In this document: piece after piece, positions 9,541 to 18,397 of the stretch | Layout of the letters: each line of letters starts with the position of its first letter | Numbering within the stretch: the stretch's first letter is position 1 | The notes under the pieces: generated by a model | What the model saw: only the letters and a program-made list of their open reading frames with translations | The model's database searches: none | Told to the model about the DNA's origin: nothing | Program-made: the position numbers and the translations under genes | Source: Candidatus Saccharimonadales bacterium | GTDB lineage: Bacteria > Patescibacteriota > Saccharimonadia > Saccharimonadales > Saccharimonadaceae | DNA: 49,703 bases | Reading direction: 5' to 3' | NCBI GenBank assembly: GCA_049291395.1 | Contig: JBATPJ010000050.1 | Location: 1-49,703 of the forward strand

Positions 9541-10754
9541 TGCCTGTTTTTTCATTTACCGCAACAAGCAAAGAGGGCGCCATCATCAATGGCCACGTCG
9601 AAGCGATCTCACGGGAAGCTGCGACAAATGCCATCATCAAGCAAGGGCATCGACCCATATCTATCACGGCAAGTAGTGAGAGCAGGGATTTGCTGTCGTT
9701 CCTAAAGCCCAAGATCAAATCGACCGATCTCGTCATCTTCACCAGGCAGCTCAGCACGATGGTAAGCGCCGGCGTGCCACTACTGCGTGCGCTGACAACG
9801 CTCAGTGAACAGGCGGCCAACAAAACATTCCGCGATATCCTCCAGGCGGTCACAAAAGACGTCCAAGCCGGCACCTCGCTCGGCGACGCTTTTTCGAAGC
9901 ACCCGAAAGCATTTAGCGATATCTACGTCAACATGGTTCGCGCTGGTGAGGCCGGTGGTATCCTCGACGATATCCTCAAACGTCTTGCCATCCAACAAGA
10001 GAAAAACGATTCCATGAAGAAAAAGGTGAAAAGTGCCATGACGTATCCGATGGTGCTCGTCGTCATCACGATCGGCGCATTTTTTGGCCTCATGTTCTTC
10101 GTTATCCCGCAAATCGGCAAGATTCTCTACGACCTTGCCGGACCAGACGCACAGTTGCCGGTCGTTACCCAGATCATGCTCAACCTCAGCAAATGGATGC
10201 TTGATTATTGGTATGCGGTCATCGGGCTTACCTTTGGGGCCATCGCCGGAGGCAAAATGTTCCTCGCAACCCCCAAAGGCAAACGCATGCTCCACTACAC
10301 TATCATCAAGCTCCCCAAAATCGGCGACCTCATCAAAAAGATAGCCACCGCACGATTCGCCCGCACCTTCTCCGCGCTGATCGGTGCCGGGGTTAGTGTA
10401 CTCGAGACACTACGCGTAACCGGCAATGCTGTTGGTAATGATGCGTTTCGCGATGAGTTGATCCGCGGAGCTGACGCCGTCACGGCGGGCCAGCAACTCT
10501 CTGAAGCGCTCTCAAAAGGAGGACTATTCCCAGGCATCGTCCCCCAGATGCTCGCCGTCGGCGAAGAAACCGGTAAGACAGCGGAGATCCTCATCAAAGT
10601 CGCCGATTTCTACGAAGAAGAGGTGGACAATACCATCGCTAGCCTGAGCTCGATCATCGAGCCTGTCATGATCGTCTTCATGGGCGGTATGGTCGGACTC
10701 GTCGCAGTTAGTGTCATGGGACCGATCGCGAGTCTCTCACAAAACATCAAGTAG
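9540..10754 (+). CDS. pilC: type IV pilus platform protein (GspF/PilC family)
   Basis: 404 aa with a duplicated GspF-type repeat and three TM segments. Its ATG overlaps the pilB stop by 1 nt. Confidence 0.9.
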   Translation: MPVFSFTATSKEGAIINGHVEAISREAATNAIIKQGHRPISITASSESRDLLSFLKPKIKSTDLVIFTRQLSTMVSAGVPLLRALTTLSEQAANKTFRDILQAVTKDVQAGTSLGDAFSKHPKAFSDIYVNMVRAGEAGGILDDILKRLAIQQEKNDSMKKKVKSAMTYPMVLVVITIGAFFGLMFFVIPQIGKILYDLAGPDAQLPVVTQIMLNLSKWMLDYWYAVIGLTFGAIAGGKMFLATPKGKRMLHYTIIKLPKIGDLIKKIATARFARTFSALIGAGVSVLETLRVTGNAVGNDAFRDELIRGADAVTAGQQLSEALSKGGLFPGIVPQMLAVGEETGKTAEILIKVADFYEEEVDNTIASLSSIIEPVMIVFMGGMVGLVAVSVMGPIASLSQNIK

Positions 10755-10758
10755 CGCT

Positions 10759-11232
10759 ATGAATACATCCCCCAAACAACACGGATTCACAATGGTAGAG
10801 ATCCTCGTCGTCATCGTGGTCATCTCTCTCATCATGAGCATCATCTTCGTATTTATCCCCGATGCACGCCGACAATCGCGCGACAAAGAGCGACAGAGCG
10901 ATATCGATACTATCCATGGACGACTTGAAGAATACTACCAGGACAAAGGAGCCTATCCGTCATCGATAACCGTAGCACTCTTCCCGCGGATCGACCCAGC
11001 GGCGCTGATCTCCCCGAACGGTGACTCTATCCGCAACGACACACCTGTCGCAGACGAATATACCGCCCGCGGTAGTGTTGATCCTGGCATAAGCGGCGCT
11101 CAATACTCCTATACCGCCTACCCTACTAGTTGCACTGACAACTGCGTGGGCTATATCCTAAAAGCCGTCATCGAAAGTCCCTCGACCGAATTCCCAAACC
11201 CATATCTCCAGGGAGGATTAAACAACAACTGA
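10759..11232 (+). CDS. prepilin-type N-terminal cleavage/methylation domain protein (minor pilin-like)
   Basis: Start set at ATG 10759. Class III signal MNTSPKQHG|FTMVEILVVIVVISL with Glu at +5. Confidence 0.8.
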   Translation: MNTSPKQHGFTMVEILVVIVVISLIMSIIFVFIPDARRQSRDKERQSDIDTIHGRLEEYYQDKGAYPSSITVALFPRIDPAALISPNGDSIRNDTPVADEYTARGSVDPGISGAQYSYTAYPTSCTDNCVGYILKAVIESPSTEFPNPYLQGGLNNN

Positions 11233-11654
11233 TGCGCACCGACACTCATCGACAATCCGGATTTACTATCGTCGAGCTCATCGTTACGATACTCCTGATC
11301 GGCGTACTGCTCCCGACTATCGTGACGTTCCTCAACGCCATCACAAATATGAATGGTCGTGCCAGCACCATCAGCACCGTTAATGCCTACGTCGAAAATC
11401 GCATCGAGTCATTTCGGAGTGCCGGCTACAAATCTGTCCCGATCACGACCGGTGACGTTAACTTCACCGGAGCAGAAGCGTTGCCCGCAAATCTGCCACA
11501 ACCGCACTCTGCAACATACAACGTCGCACTACTCGACCCCGCAAACCCCACGCTGAAAAAGATCACTATCACAGTCAACTTTCGAAGCTTCGACAGCACT
11601 GAGACCCGTACATACATAACATACTTAGGAGAACTCGGTGTCGGACAATACTAG
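11232..11654 (+). CDS. prepilin-type protein (minor pilin-like)
   Basis: Class III signal MRTDTHRQSG|FTIVELIVTILLIGVL. ATG overlaps the previous stop (TGATG). Confidence 0.8.
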   Translation: MRTDTHRQSGFTIVELIVTILLIGVLLPTIVTFLNAITNMNGRASTISTVNAYVENRIESFRSAGYKSVPITTGDVNFTGAEALPANLPQPHSATYNVALLDPANPTLKKITITVNFRSFDSTETRTYITYLGELGVGQY

Positions 11655-12333
11655 CCATACGCGCCAGTTAGGCTATACGCTGGCGGAGCTGCTTATATCG
11701 CTGTTTATTATCGGTATACTCGCGGTGACGCTCGCGAGTCTCTACACTATATTTTTCGACAATACACTCCGCAACAACTACCAAGCCCGGCTGGCCGTCG
11801 AGTCTCAAGGTATCTTACGCTCGATCGTCGAAGAACTCCGTATCAGCTCAGGGATCCATGCAACGAGCATGCCCGATAGCAATGTCGTTGGTGGTGGCGC
11901 CAACTGGTCGACGAGCAACGCAAATTTAGTACTCATCATCGCAACGCCCGCAGTCGATAGCACCAACACTATCCTCTTCAATACCAATGACGGAAAACCG
12001 TATCTCAACGAACTTGTCTATTATGCTTCCGGGGCTAGGCTATACAAACGATACCTCGTCGATCCACTCGCCATCAATAACCGCTATCAGACAAGCTGTC
12101 CACCAAACCTGGCGTCGAGTACTTGTCCGGGTGACGTCCTGCTCAGTGATCATTTCAAAAACATGACATTTGATTTTTACGATCAGGACAATGCCGTGAT
12201 TGATCAATCCTCTGGCGATATCACGAGAGCACGCTCCATTCAGCTCAATATCGACATGGAGCACAAGACATTTGGCCAAGTCGTAACGTACAATAACAAG
12301 ATCCGCATGACAATGCGCAACAACCAACTATGA
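11638..12333 (+). CDS. prepilin-type protein (minor pilin-like, PilW-sized)
   Basis: GTG start. Class III signal ...HTRQLG|YTLAELLISLFIIGIL. Overlaps the preceding gene by 17 nt. Confidence 0.75.
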   Translation: MSDNTSHTRQLGYTLAELLISLFIIGILAVTLASLYTIFFDNTLRNNYQARLAVESQGILRSIVEELRISSGIHATSMPDSNVVGGGANWSTSNANLVLIIATPAVDSTNTILFNTNDGKPYLNELVYYASGARLYKRYLVDPLAINNRYQTSCPPNLASSTCPGDVLLSDHFKNMTFDFYDQDNAVIDQSSGDITRARSIQLNIDMEHKTFGQVVTYNNKIRMTMRNNQL

Positions 12334-13760
12334 TACAGCCCCAGACTCACCCCCGCATCACACAGACAGAGAATACATCTGGTGGGTTTGTGTTGATCGC
12401 GGTCATGATACTAACGTTCTTTGTGATTGCTGCCGGCACAGTTACCGCCCAGCTCGCATCAAGTAATCTCCGCGCTGCAAACATAGAGACATACCGCGTC
12501 AACGCTCAGTTTGCCGTAGATGCTGGCGCCGATGAATCAGTCTACGAAGTCAACAAGGCACTTATCAACAATACGTCGTGGACCGGCACAGGCACAGAAA
12601 AAACCGTCTCTGATCAACCAAGTTTTAAGACCACCTATATCGCCGACGTCGATGACGTCATCATCAACGGCGAAGATCGAAAGATCCTCACCGTTACCGG
12701 CAAGACATACAGCCCTAAGACTGCCTCCACTCCCATATCATCACGCACCTACACCGTCACTCTTCGACCTATCGAGGCAGGTGACTTTTCTGTCGTCACG
12801 GGAGTTGGTGGTCTTGTCATGGAAAACAGTGCCAGGATCGTCGGCGGGAGCGTCTTCGTCAATGGAACCATCACCATGAGTAACTCATCACAGATTGGCC
12901 TCAGCAACGCCCCTGTTGACGTGTTTGCCGCCCATCAGAGCTGCCCACTCGGTGGCGGATCGGGATACCCCACGCAGTGTGGTAGCGGCAATGGTGAGCC
13001 AATCAGTATCAGCAACCCGGCATGGATATACGGGGATGTCAGCGCCCAAAACCAGACAAACGGCAGTCGCATGTCAAATGGAGGACTAATCCCAAACCAA
13101 TCAGTCGCGCCCAAAGCGCTCCCAGTTCATGACCGAAGTGCCCAAAAAGCCGCCGTTATCAACGACGCCGCACATCAGCTAACTGGAGCCAGTGCAAGCT
13201 GTACAACCAACGGCGGGACAAAGACATGGCTTGCGAACACTAAGATAACTGGCAATGTCACTATCAGCAAATCATGTACCGTCACTGTAGAAGGTGACAT
13301 CTGGATAACAGGTGGGGTGACCATGGCTCAATCTGGCACTCTGAAGGTCAAAAACGGCCTGACAGTACCACCCGTTATCATGGTGGATAGTACAGTCAAT
13401 GCCAACAACTCCGCTACTTTTGCGTCAAACAATGGCAGCCCAAAGATTGGCTTTCGTGTCATCACCTACAAAAACAGCCTCGACAATCCCGATGTAGTCC
13501 CGACAGGCTCTGATCTCTATAGCAGCAGTTCTCTCGAGACGGTCAACCTCGCGCAGACATCGTCAGGTCCAAACACGGAGTTCTATGCCAAATGGTCTCT
13601 TGTAAATATCGGCAACAGTGGCGGTATCGGTGCCGTCACAGGGCAGACCATCAAACTCAATAATTCCGCCGCCATCACGTTCGGCACCAAGATCGTCGGG
13701 CTCCCCAGTATCATGGCGTGGGTTATCGAATCGTACCGCCGTGACTACACCCCCCTGTAA
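12330..13760 (+). CDS. PilX-N-like pilus-associated protein with large beta-rich C-terminal domain
   Basis: 476 aa with ATGA overlap to the preceding gene. N-terminal hydrophobic segment GGFVLIAVMILTFFVIAAGTV lacks the +5 Glu, followed by the amphipathic AQLASSNLRAANIETYRVNAQFAVDAGADE. The remainder is Gly/Ser/Thr/Asn-rich with repeat-like beta segments. Confidence 0.6.
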   Translation: MIQPQTHPRITQTENTSGGFVLIAVMILTFFVIAAGTVTAQLASSNLRAANIETYRVNAQFAVDAGADESVYEVNKALINNTSWTGTGTEKTVSDQPSFKTTYIADVDDVIINGEDRKILTVTGKTYSPKTASTPISSRTYTVTLRPIEAGDFSVVTGVGGLVMENSARIVGGSVFVNGTITMSNSSQIGLSNAPVDVFAAHQSCPLGGGSGYPTQCGSGNGEPISISNPAWIYGDVSAQNQTNGSRMSNGGLIPNQSVAPKALPVHDRSAQKAAVINDAAHQLTGASASCTTNGGTKTWLANTKITGNVTISKSCTVTVEGDIWITGGVTMAQSGTLKVKNGLTVPPVIMVDSTVNANNSATFASNNGSPKIGFRVITYKNSLDNPDVVPTGSDLYSSSSLETVNLAQTSSGPNTEFYAKWSLVNIGNSGGIGAVTGQTIKLNNSAAITFGTKIVGLPSIMAWVIESYRRDYTPL

Positions 13761-13827
13761 AGACCAATCTAGATACCGGATCATCTGCCGAGCCTACCTT
13801 GCATAGTACGGGCCATGTCCCGAGGGC

Positions 13828-13855
13828 TTGACTCTCATGAAACAACCATTATACT
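13828..13855 (+). promoter_or_regulatory. sigma70-like promoter for the major pilin gene
   Basis: TTGACT (13828-13833), a 16-nt spacer, then TATACT (13850-13855). A strong SD (AAAGGGGGG, 13901-13909) precedes the ATG at 13915. Confidence 0.55.
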
Positions 13856-13914
13856 TATGCTTAAGATCCCATAATAACCATATGGATCAGCATCAATCTA
13901 AAAGGGGGGCATCT

Positions 13915-14373
13915 ATGCTCAAAAAATATTCACAAAAAGGTTTCACGATCGTCGAGCTCTTGATCGTTATCGTGGTCATCGGTATTCTCGCCGCTCTGGT
14001 CCTCAACACGTTCTCGGGCGTCCAGAAACGTGCTCGTGACACTCAGCGTCAGACAGACGTCAACGCAATCGCAACACAACTTGAGGTCTACTACAACGAC
14101 AATGGTACATATCCACTTGCGGCAGGCGTGACCGTGCCGAACTTCAAGGGTATTGATGCTGGTGCGCTTCAACCACCGCAAAGTACTCAGACAGCCCTTA
14201 AGGACACTGCTGCTGCACCAACAGCTGCTGCAGACTTCGGCGTCGGTACTGCTGAGCAATACCTCTACCAGTGTGAGTCAGGCAACGGTACAAGCTGTGG
14301 AGCATACACCCTGTACTGGTGGAACGAGGACAAGGCTCAGGTTCGTAAGAAAGAAAGTCTTAACCGCCCATAA
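13915..14373 (+). CDS. type IV major pilin candidate
   Basis: Start set at ATG 13915, behind the SD. Class III signal MLKKYSQKG|FTIVELLIVIVVIGILAALVLNTF. It has its own promoter and a strong terminator and is the shortest pilin in the locus (152 aa). Confidence 0.8.
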   Translation: MLKKYSQKGFTIVELLIVIVVIGILAALVLNTFSGVQKRARDTQRQTDVNAIATQLEVYYNDNGTYPLAAGVTVPNFKGIDAGALQPPQSTQTALKDTAAAPTAAADFGVGTAEQYLYQCESGNGTSCGAYTLYWWNEDKAQVRKKESLNRP

Positions 14374-14392
14374 TTTCTACTGGCAAATCATC

Positions 14393-14427
14393 GAAAACCC
14401 CTTCGTCAAAAAAGGGGTTTTCTTTAT
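14393..14427 (+). terminator. intrinsic terminator after the major pilin gene
   Basis: Stem gaaaacccctt/aaggggttttc around an 8-nt loop, followed by tctttat. Confidence 0.7.
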
Positions 14428-14464
14428 ATATCAATGATATAATAGGCATAAGTACTACTATAGG

Positions 14465-15526
14465 ATGGGCATGCAACAAACACTTTTTCTCCACCATCGG
14501 CCACTCGTGGGTATTGATATCAGTCACACCTACGTCAAGCTAATGTCTCTGACCCCTTCCAAATGGGATGTGACCAGCTATGGCTCGATCAATGCCGACC
14601 CCGTCAAGCTACGGAGCAGCCTCACTGGCTCACCGGATTATCTGGTCGAGCTCTTAAAAGGTCTCGTCGAGAAAAACATCGTCGGCAAGCTACCAAGTGA
14701 ACAAGTAATCATCAGTATCCCGACCAACCTCACCTATAGCCGTAGCGTCTCGCTCCCGAAGGCCGCGATCAAAAAGCTCGATGATGCGATCTCCCTCGAG
14801 GCAGGTCAGTATATCCCTGTCGCATTGTCCGAGCTCAATCTGTCATATGAGATACTCGCGGAGAACGACGACACGATCGAAGTCCTGATGTCGGCAGCGC
14901 CGAAGGTAATCATCCAAAACGTCATGACCGCGTGTCGCGCAGTCGGTCTCGTACCGCTCGTCATCCAGCCGAGCATTAATTCCGTCGCACGGCTCATCAC
15001 GCTTACCGAGCAAGGGCACCTCCCGACAGTCATCGTCGATATCGGCGCTGCCGATACAGATCTTTCCATCTTGAACGACCGTATCCGTGCAAATGCAAGC
15101 GTCCAAGTCGGCAGCAACACACTCACCTATGCCATCTCCGAAAAACTCGGCGTCAGCCTCGAAAATGCCCACCAGCTCAAGGTGCTTCATGGCCTCTCAT
15201 ATGGGACGAAACAGAAAAAGATCCTTGAAGCTGTTGATACTCCCTTATCCCAAGTCGTTAATGAGATCCATAAAATCATCCGATACTACAACGATCGTAT
15301 CGACGCATCGACGCATATCGAGCAGATCATCATCGTTGGTAGCGGCTCGGACATCCCTGGTCTCGGTGAATACTTTACCGACAAGCTTGTCATGCCAGCA
15401 CGTGTTGCAAGTCCGTGGCTTGCCCTTAATTTCGGTAGTCTCCCCCAGCCCGCCAAGCAATTTCGCCCGCGCTATATCACTGTCATCGGTCTCGCAGCCA
15501 CCAAGTATAAGGAGATCAGCCTATGA
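14465..15526 (+). CDS. pilM: type IV pilus assembly protein PilM (actin-like ATPase fold)
   Basis: 353 aa. Motifs VGIDISHTYVKLM and VIVDIGAADTDLSIL, plus a C-terminal IIIVGSGSDIPGL typical of PilM/FtsA-like proteins. Confidence 0.8.
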   Translation: MGMQQTLFLHHRPLVGIDISHTYVKLMSLTPSKWDVTSYGSINADPVKLRSSLTGSPDYLVELLKGLVEKNIVGKLPSEQVIISIPTNLTYSRSVSLPKAAIKKLDDAISLEAGQYIPVALSELNLSYEILAENDDTIEVLMSAAPKVIIQNVMTACRAVGLVPLVIQPSINSVARLITLTEQGHLPTVIVDIGAADTDLSILNDRIRANASVQVGSNTLTYAISEKLGVSLENAHQLKVLHGLSYGTKQKKILEAVDTPLSQVVNEIHKIIRYYNDRIDASTHIEQIIIVGSGSDIPGLGEYFTDKLVMPARVASPWLALNFGSLPQPAKQFRPRYITVIGLAATKYKEISL

Positions 15527-16095
15527 TCAACCTTATCGGCCATAAGTACCGCGCAGAGCTCGCCGCAGCAAAGCGTAATGTAATCCTGCGCAAATATGTC
15601 TCGACCTTGATCCTTCTGATCGTTGGTATCGCTGCCTGTTACGGGGTAGGGTACATGATGCTCGACAACCAACAGCGTGAATACGAAAAGCAAATTGCAA
15701 CCTACGCCCCTCAGCGCGAATGGTTCAACGCAACCGTTGATGATGCCCGAGTGTTCAATAAAAACTTGGCGGTAGCAAAATCAATCCTGAGTAACGAGGT
15801 CATCTATAGCTATCTTGTGCTAACCATCACGTCACAACTTCCTCCTGGTGCGGTGCTTGCAAATCTCAGTCTACGCACCAAAGATCTAGCCCAGCCAATC
15901 CCACTCACGATCGTTGCCAAGACACCAAATGATGCCGTCGCCACCAAAAACGCCTTCGATCAGAGTACGGTATTTAAAGACACCAAGCTCAAAACAGTTG
16001 ATAAGACCCTCAATGATGAATATCCCTACACTGCCGTACTCATCACGACAATCGACATGGAATTATACCTCAAGCGGCAAGGGGCGATCCAATGA
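15523..16095 (+). CDS. pilN: PilN-like bitopic pilus assembly protein
   Basis: 190 aa with ATGA overlap to pilM. Short basic N-terminus, a single TM (LILLIVGIAACYGVGYMML), then a periplasm-type domain. The call rests on size, topology and synteny. Confidence 0.6.
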   Translation: MINLIGHKYRAELAAAKRNVILRKYVSTLILLIVGIAACYGVGYMMLDNQQREYEKQIATYAPQREWFNATVDDARVFNKNLAVAKSILSNEVIYSYLVLTITSQLPPGAVLANLSLRTKDLAQPIPLTIVAKTPNDAVATKNAFDQSTVFKDTKLKTVDKTLNDEYPYTAVLITTIDMELYLKRQGAIQ

Positions 16096-16688
16096 AGCCC
16101 ATGAAGCTGACGTTTAACGCCATCGTCATGCAGTACCTCCTACTCGGTACCTGTTTCGTAATTATCGGTGGAATCGTATGGATATCAATCGCCGCCAACG
16201 ATCTGCTGACGGCAAAAGCCATGGAGGTTGATCACAGACGTACCGATGCCGAGCTCGCCCAAGAAGAGTTAGTTGGACTTGACAACCTAAGGAATAATCT
16301 CGACGATAACGCTGATGTCGTCAATAAGACCAAAGAGATCGTTGCCACCGCCGAACAATACCACTTCCAGGATCAAGTTATCCAGGATTTAACCGTCTAT
16401 GCCAAGCAAGCGAAGATCGAAATCATCGGCTATGATTTTGGTTCGTCACCCGGCGCAAAAGTTGCCCCGACCAAAGGTGTCGCAACCCCCTCCAATGTCC
16501 CGCCCAAGACACTCGTCACGGTACGCCTGCAAAATGACATCCCCTATACATCATTCCTGCGATTCCTGATGTCGATCGAGCAAAACGTCACGAAGATGCA
16601 ACTCACCGGACTTACTCTCCAGCCAGTTGATAAATCACCGACAAATGTACAGGGCCCGATCATCGAGCTGGAGGTATTCATCCAATGA
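16092..16688 (+). CDS. pilO: PilO-like bitopic pilus assembly protein
   Basis: 198 aa, overlaps pilN. Single TM (LLLGTCFVIIGGIVWISIAA), then a coiled-coil segment. Called on topology and synteny. Confidence 0.5.
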   Translation: MKPMKLTFNAIVMQYLLLGTCFVIIGGIVWISIAANDLLTAKAMEVDHRRTDAELAQEELVGLDNLRNNLDDNADVVNKTKEIVATAEQYHFQDQVIQDLTVYAKQAKIEIIGYDFGSSPGAKVAPTKGVATPSNVPPKTLVTVRLQNDIPYTSFLRFLMSIEQNVTKMQLTGLTLQPVDKSPTNVQGPIIELEVFIQ

Positions 16689-16996
16689 AACTTGACACTG
16701 CGCAGCTGAAACAACTAAGTGCAGCACTCAAGCGTGTCGGTGGTCATTTTAAGATCATTTCATTTGTACTGGCGATGGGTACGCTGATCTACTGCGTCTA
16801 CTCTATCCAGCAAGTCTTCAATCTCCCTGTCGACCAAGGCTACTACGATCAGCAACAAGTCAAAAACACACGCTCGTCATTCGACAAGACAACGATCGAC
16901 AAAGTTCGCCAGCTTCACACCATCGATGATTCGACGGTCACGCTTCCCGTCGGTCGCATCAATCCATTTACCCAAACCAGGAATACTACCCCCTAA
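16685..16996 (+). CDS. small bitopic membrane protein coupled to pilMNO
   Basis: 103 aa with ATGA overlap to pilO. One TM (IISFVLAMGTLIYCVYSI). No family recognised. Confidence 0.5.
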   Translation: MKLDTAQLKQLSAALKRVGGHFKIISFVLAMGTLIYCVYSIQQVFNLPVDQGYYDQQQVKNTRSSFDKTTIDKVRQLHTIDDSTVTLPVGRINPFTQTRNTTP

Positions 16997-17030
16997 ACCC
17001 TCACGTTTTTTGCTACACTAAGTAGGACAT

Positions 17031-17624
17031 ATGTTATTACTATCCGACAAACTCACTAGTGTCCCGGTCATGAGCCTACAAACTGGCGGAGAATTAGCCC
17101 GCACCTCCGGCGTCATCATCGACCCGCGCACGATGTCTATCCCGGCACTTCGCGTCACCGGACCCCAACTTGACTCAGCTCACACCGTACTCCACACCGA
17201 AGACATCAGAGAGTCAGGCAGTCTTGGTTTTATCATCGATGACAGTACAAAGCTGATGAGTCTTGAGGGACTTGTACGCCTGCAAGAAGTGATCGATTTT
17301 CATTTCACTATCACCGCCTGTGACGTGTTCGACCAGACAGGGAAAAAGCTCGGTCGGGTTTCTGACTTTAGTTTTGATCCCACGACGTTCACCATACAGC
17401 AGATATACATTAAGCAGCGTTTCTTACAGAGCCTGACGTCAACATCCCATATCATCAGTCGTTCTCAGATAGTGACAGTGACGCCGACGCGTATCGTCGT
17501 TGAGACGCCAACAGTTACCGAGTCAAATCGCGATCAAGACGCAGAGACTTCGGGCTTCACTAATCCCTTTCGAACCGGATCCGTCGCACAGCCCGATCAG
17601 GCCGACTCTTCTTCATCCGGCTGA
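17031..17624 (+). CDS. PRC-barrel-like domain protein (two tandem barrels?)
   Basis: 197 aa. The patterns LSDKLTSVPVMSLQTGGELARTSGVIIDP and CDVFDQTGKKLGRVSDFSFDP resemble PRC-barrel N-terminal strands. Acidic, Ser-rich tail. Confidence 0.4.
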   Translation: MLLLSDKLTSVPVMSLQTGGELARTSGVIIDPRTMSIPALRVTGPQLDSAHTVLHTEDIRESGSLGFIIDDSTKLMSLEGLVRLQEVIDFHFTITACDVFDQTGKKLGRVSDFSFDPTTFTIQQIYIKQRFLQSLTSTSHIISRSQIVTVTPTRIVVETPTVTESNRDQDAETSGFTNPFRTGSVAQPDQADSSSSG

Positions 17625-18397
17625 TTATTCATAACATTACGAACATCATCATAACTGAAGCCTTGGCGCATCAGATATTGCATCAGCTTCTTTGGGTCAT
17701 CGTAGCGCTTGGCTTTTTTCATAATAATTTTTTGTAGCTCGCTACTATCACTACGAGTAGAGGAGGGAAGCAGGGCATCGATAATTCCCTGTTCGATTCC
17801 CTTGCTCCGTAGCTCCGCGATGAGTTTGCGTTGGCTGGTGCCTTTACGAAGATTCCGATTCTCCAGCCAAAACCGGACGAACTTCTCATCGTCAATGTAG
17901 CCCTTTTCAACCAGTCGCTCATACACCCGATCAGCAATCTCCCGCGCCACACCAGGCTTCTCAATTACTGTCACCGAGGTACGAGGTACGAGGTACGAGG
18001 TACGATTGTCATTATCATCTCTCGCACTCTTCTTCTTATATGTGATACCTTTCGTGACTCGTGACTCGTGACTCGTGACTCGCTGCTTCCTCGTCAACGT
18101 CTTACGCCACAAATAATCCCGAATCTCTTTCGCACTATGCGGCCGGATCATAGTGTACTCGAGCGCCCGACCGTACAGCTTGCCAAAGGTGCTCTCTGCT
18201 TCCCACTCGGCGATCTGCTCGTCACTCACCTCCGCCCCATTTTTGACACCCAGCTCGGTCAGCTGATAGATATCGAGACTCAGCCGATACTTCCCATCGA
18301 TCGATATATTCACTCGATCAGGATTCCGCACCTGCACTGAGATACTAGTGATTTTCACCTTGGTTTGCCGCCGCCTCTTCGGCCAGGACAGCCGCAT
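17597..18397 (-). CDS. recX: RecA regulator RecX, with an inserted linker carrying two heptanucleotide arrays
   Basis: ITSISVQVRNPDRVNISIDGKYRLSLDIYQLTELGVKNGAEVSD aligns with RecX N-termini as I remember them. Repeated three-helix units follow (YGRALEY..., VYERLVEKGYIDDEKF, IIMKKAKRY...LMRQGFSYDDV). The gene lies downstream of recA. The start could instead be GTG at 18358. Confidence 0.8.
   Translation of the reverse strand: MRLSWPKRRRQTKVKITSISVQVRNPDRVNISIDGKYRLSLDIYQLTELGVKNGAEVSDEQIAEWEAESTFGKLYGRALEYTMIRPHSAKEIRDYLWRKTLTRKQRVTSHESRVTKGITYKKKSARDDNDNRTSYLVPRTSVTVIEKPGVAREIADRVYERLVEKGYIDDEKFVRFWLENRNLRKGTSQRKLIAELRSKGIEQGIIDALLPSSTRSDSSELQKIIMKKAKRYDDPKKLMQYLMRQGFSYDDVRNVMNNQPDEEESA
17975..18005. 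repeat. perfect heptanucleotide tandem repeat (CGAGGTA) x4.4 inside recX
   Basis: The sequence cgaggta cgaggta cgaggta cgaggta cga is read directly. There are no mismatches. Confidence 0.95.
18053..18082. repeat. perfect heptanucleotide tandem repeat (CGTGACT) x4.3 inside recX
   Basis: The sequence cgtgact cgtgact cgtgact cgtgact cg is read directly. It lies 47 nt from the first array. Confidence 0.95.

Noticed and set aside
10711-10758. Upstream extensions of pilin ORFs (also 13828-13914 and 19596-19643)
   Set aside because: Prepilin leaders are short. Internal ATGs place the G|F-T-x-x-E cleavage motif 6-12 residues from the start. For the major pilin, the internal ATG also follows a strong SD.
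17975-18082. CRISPR-like or binding-site array interpretation of the heptamer repeats
   Set aside because: The units are contiguous 7-mers without spacers and lie inside an intact ORF. This is microsatellite architecture, not CRISPR.
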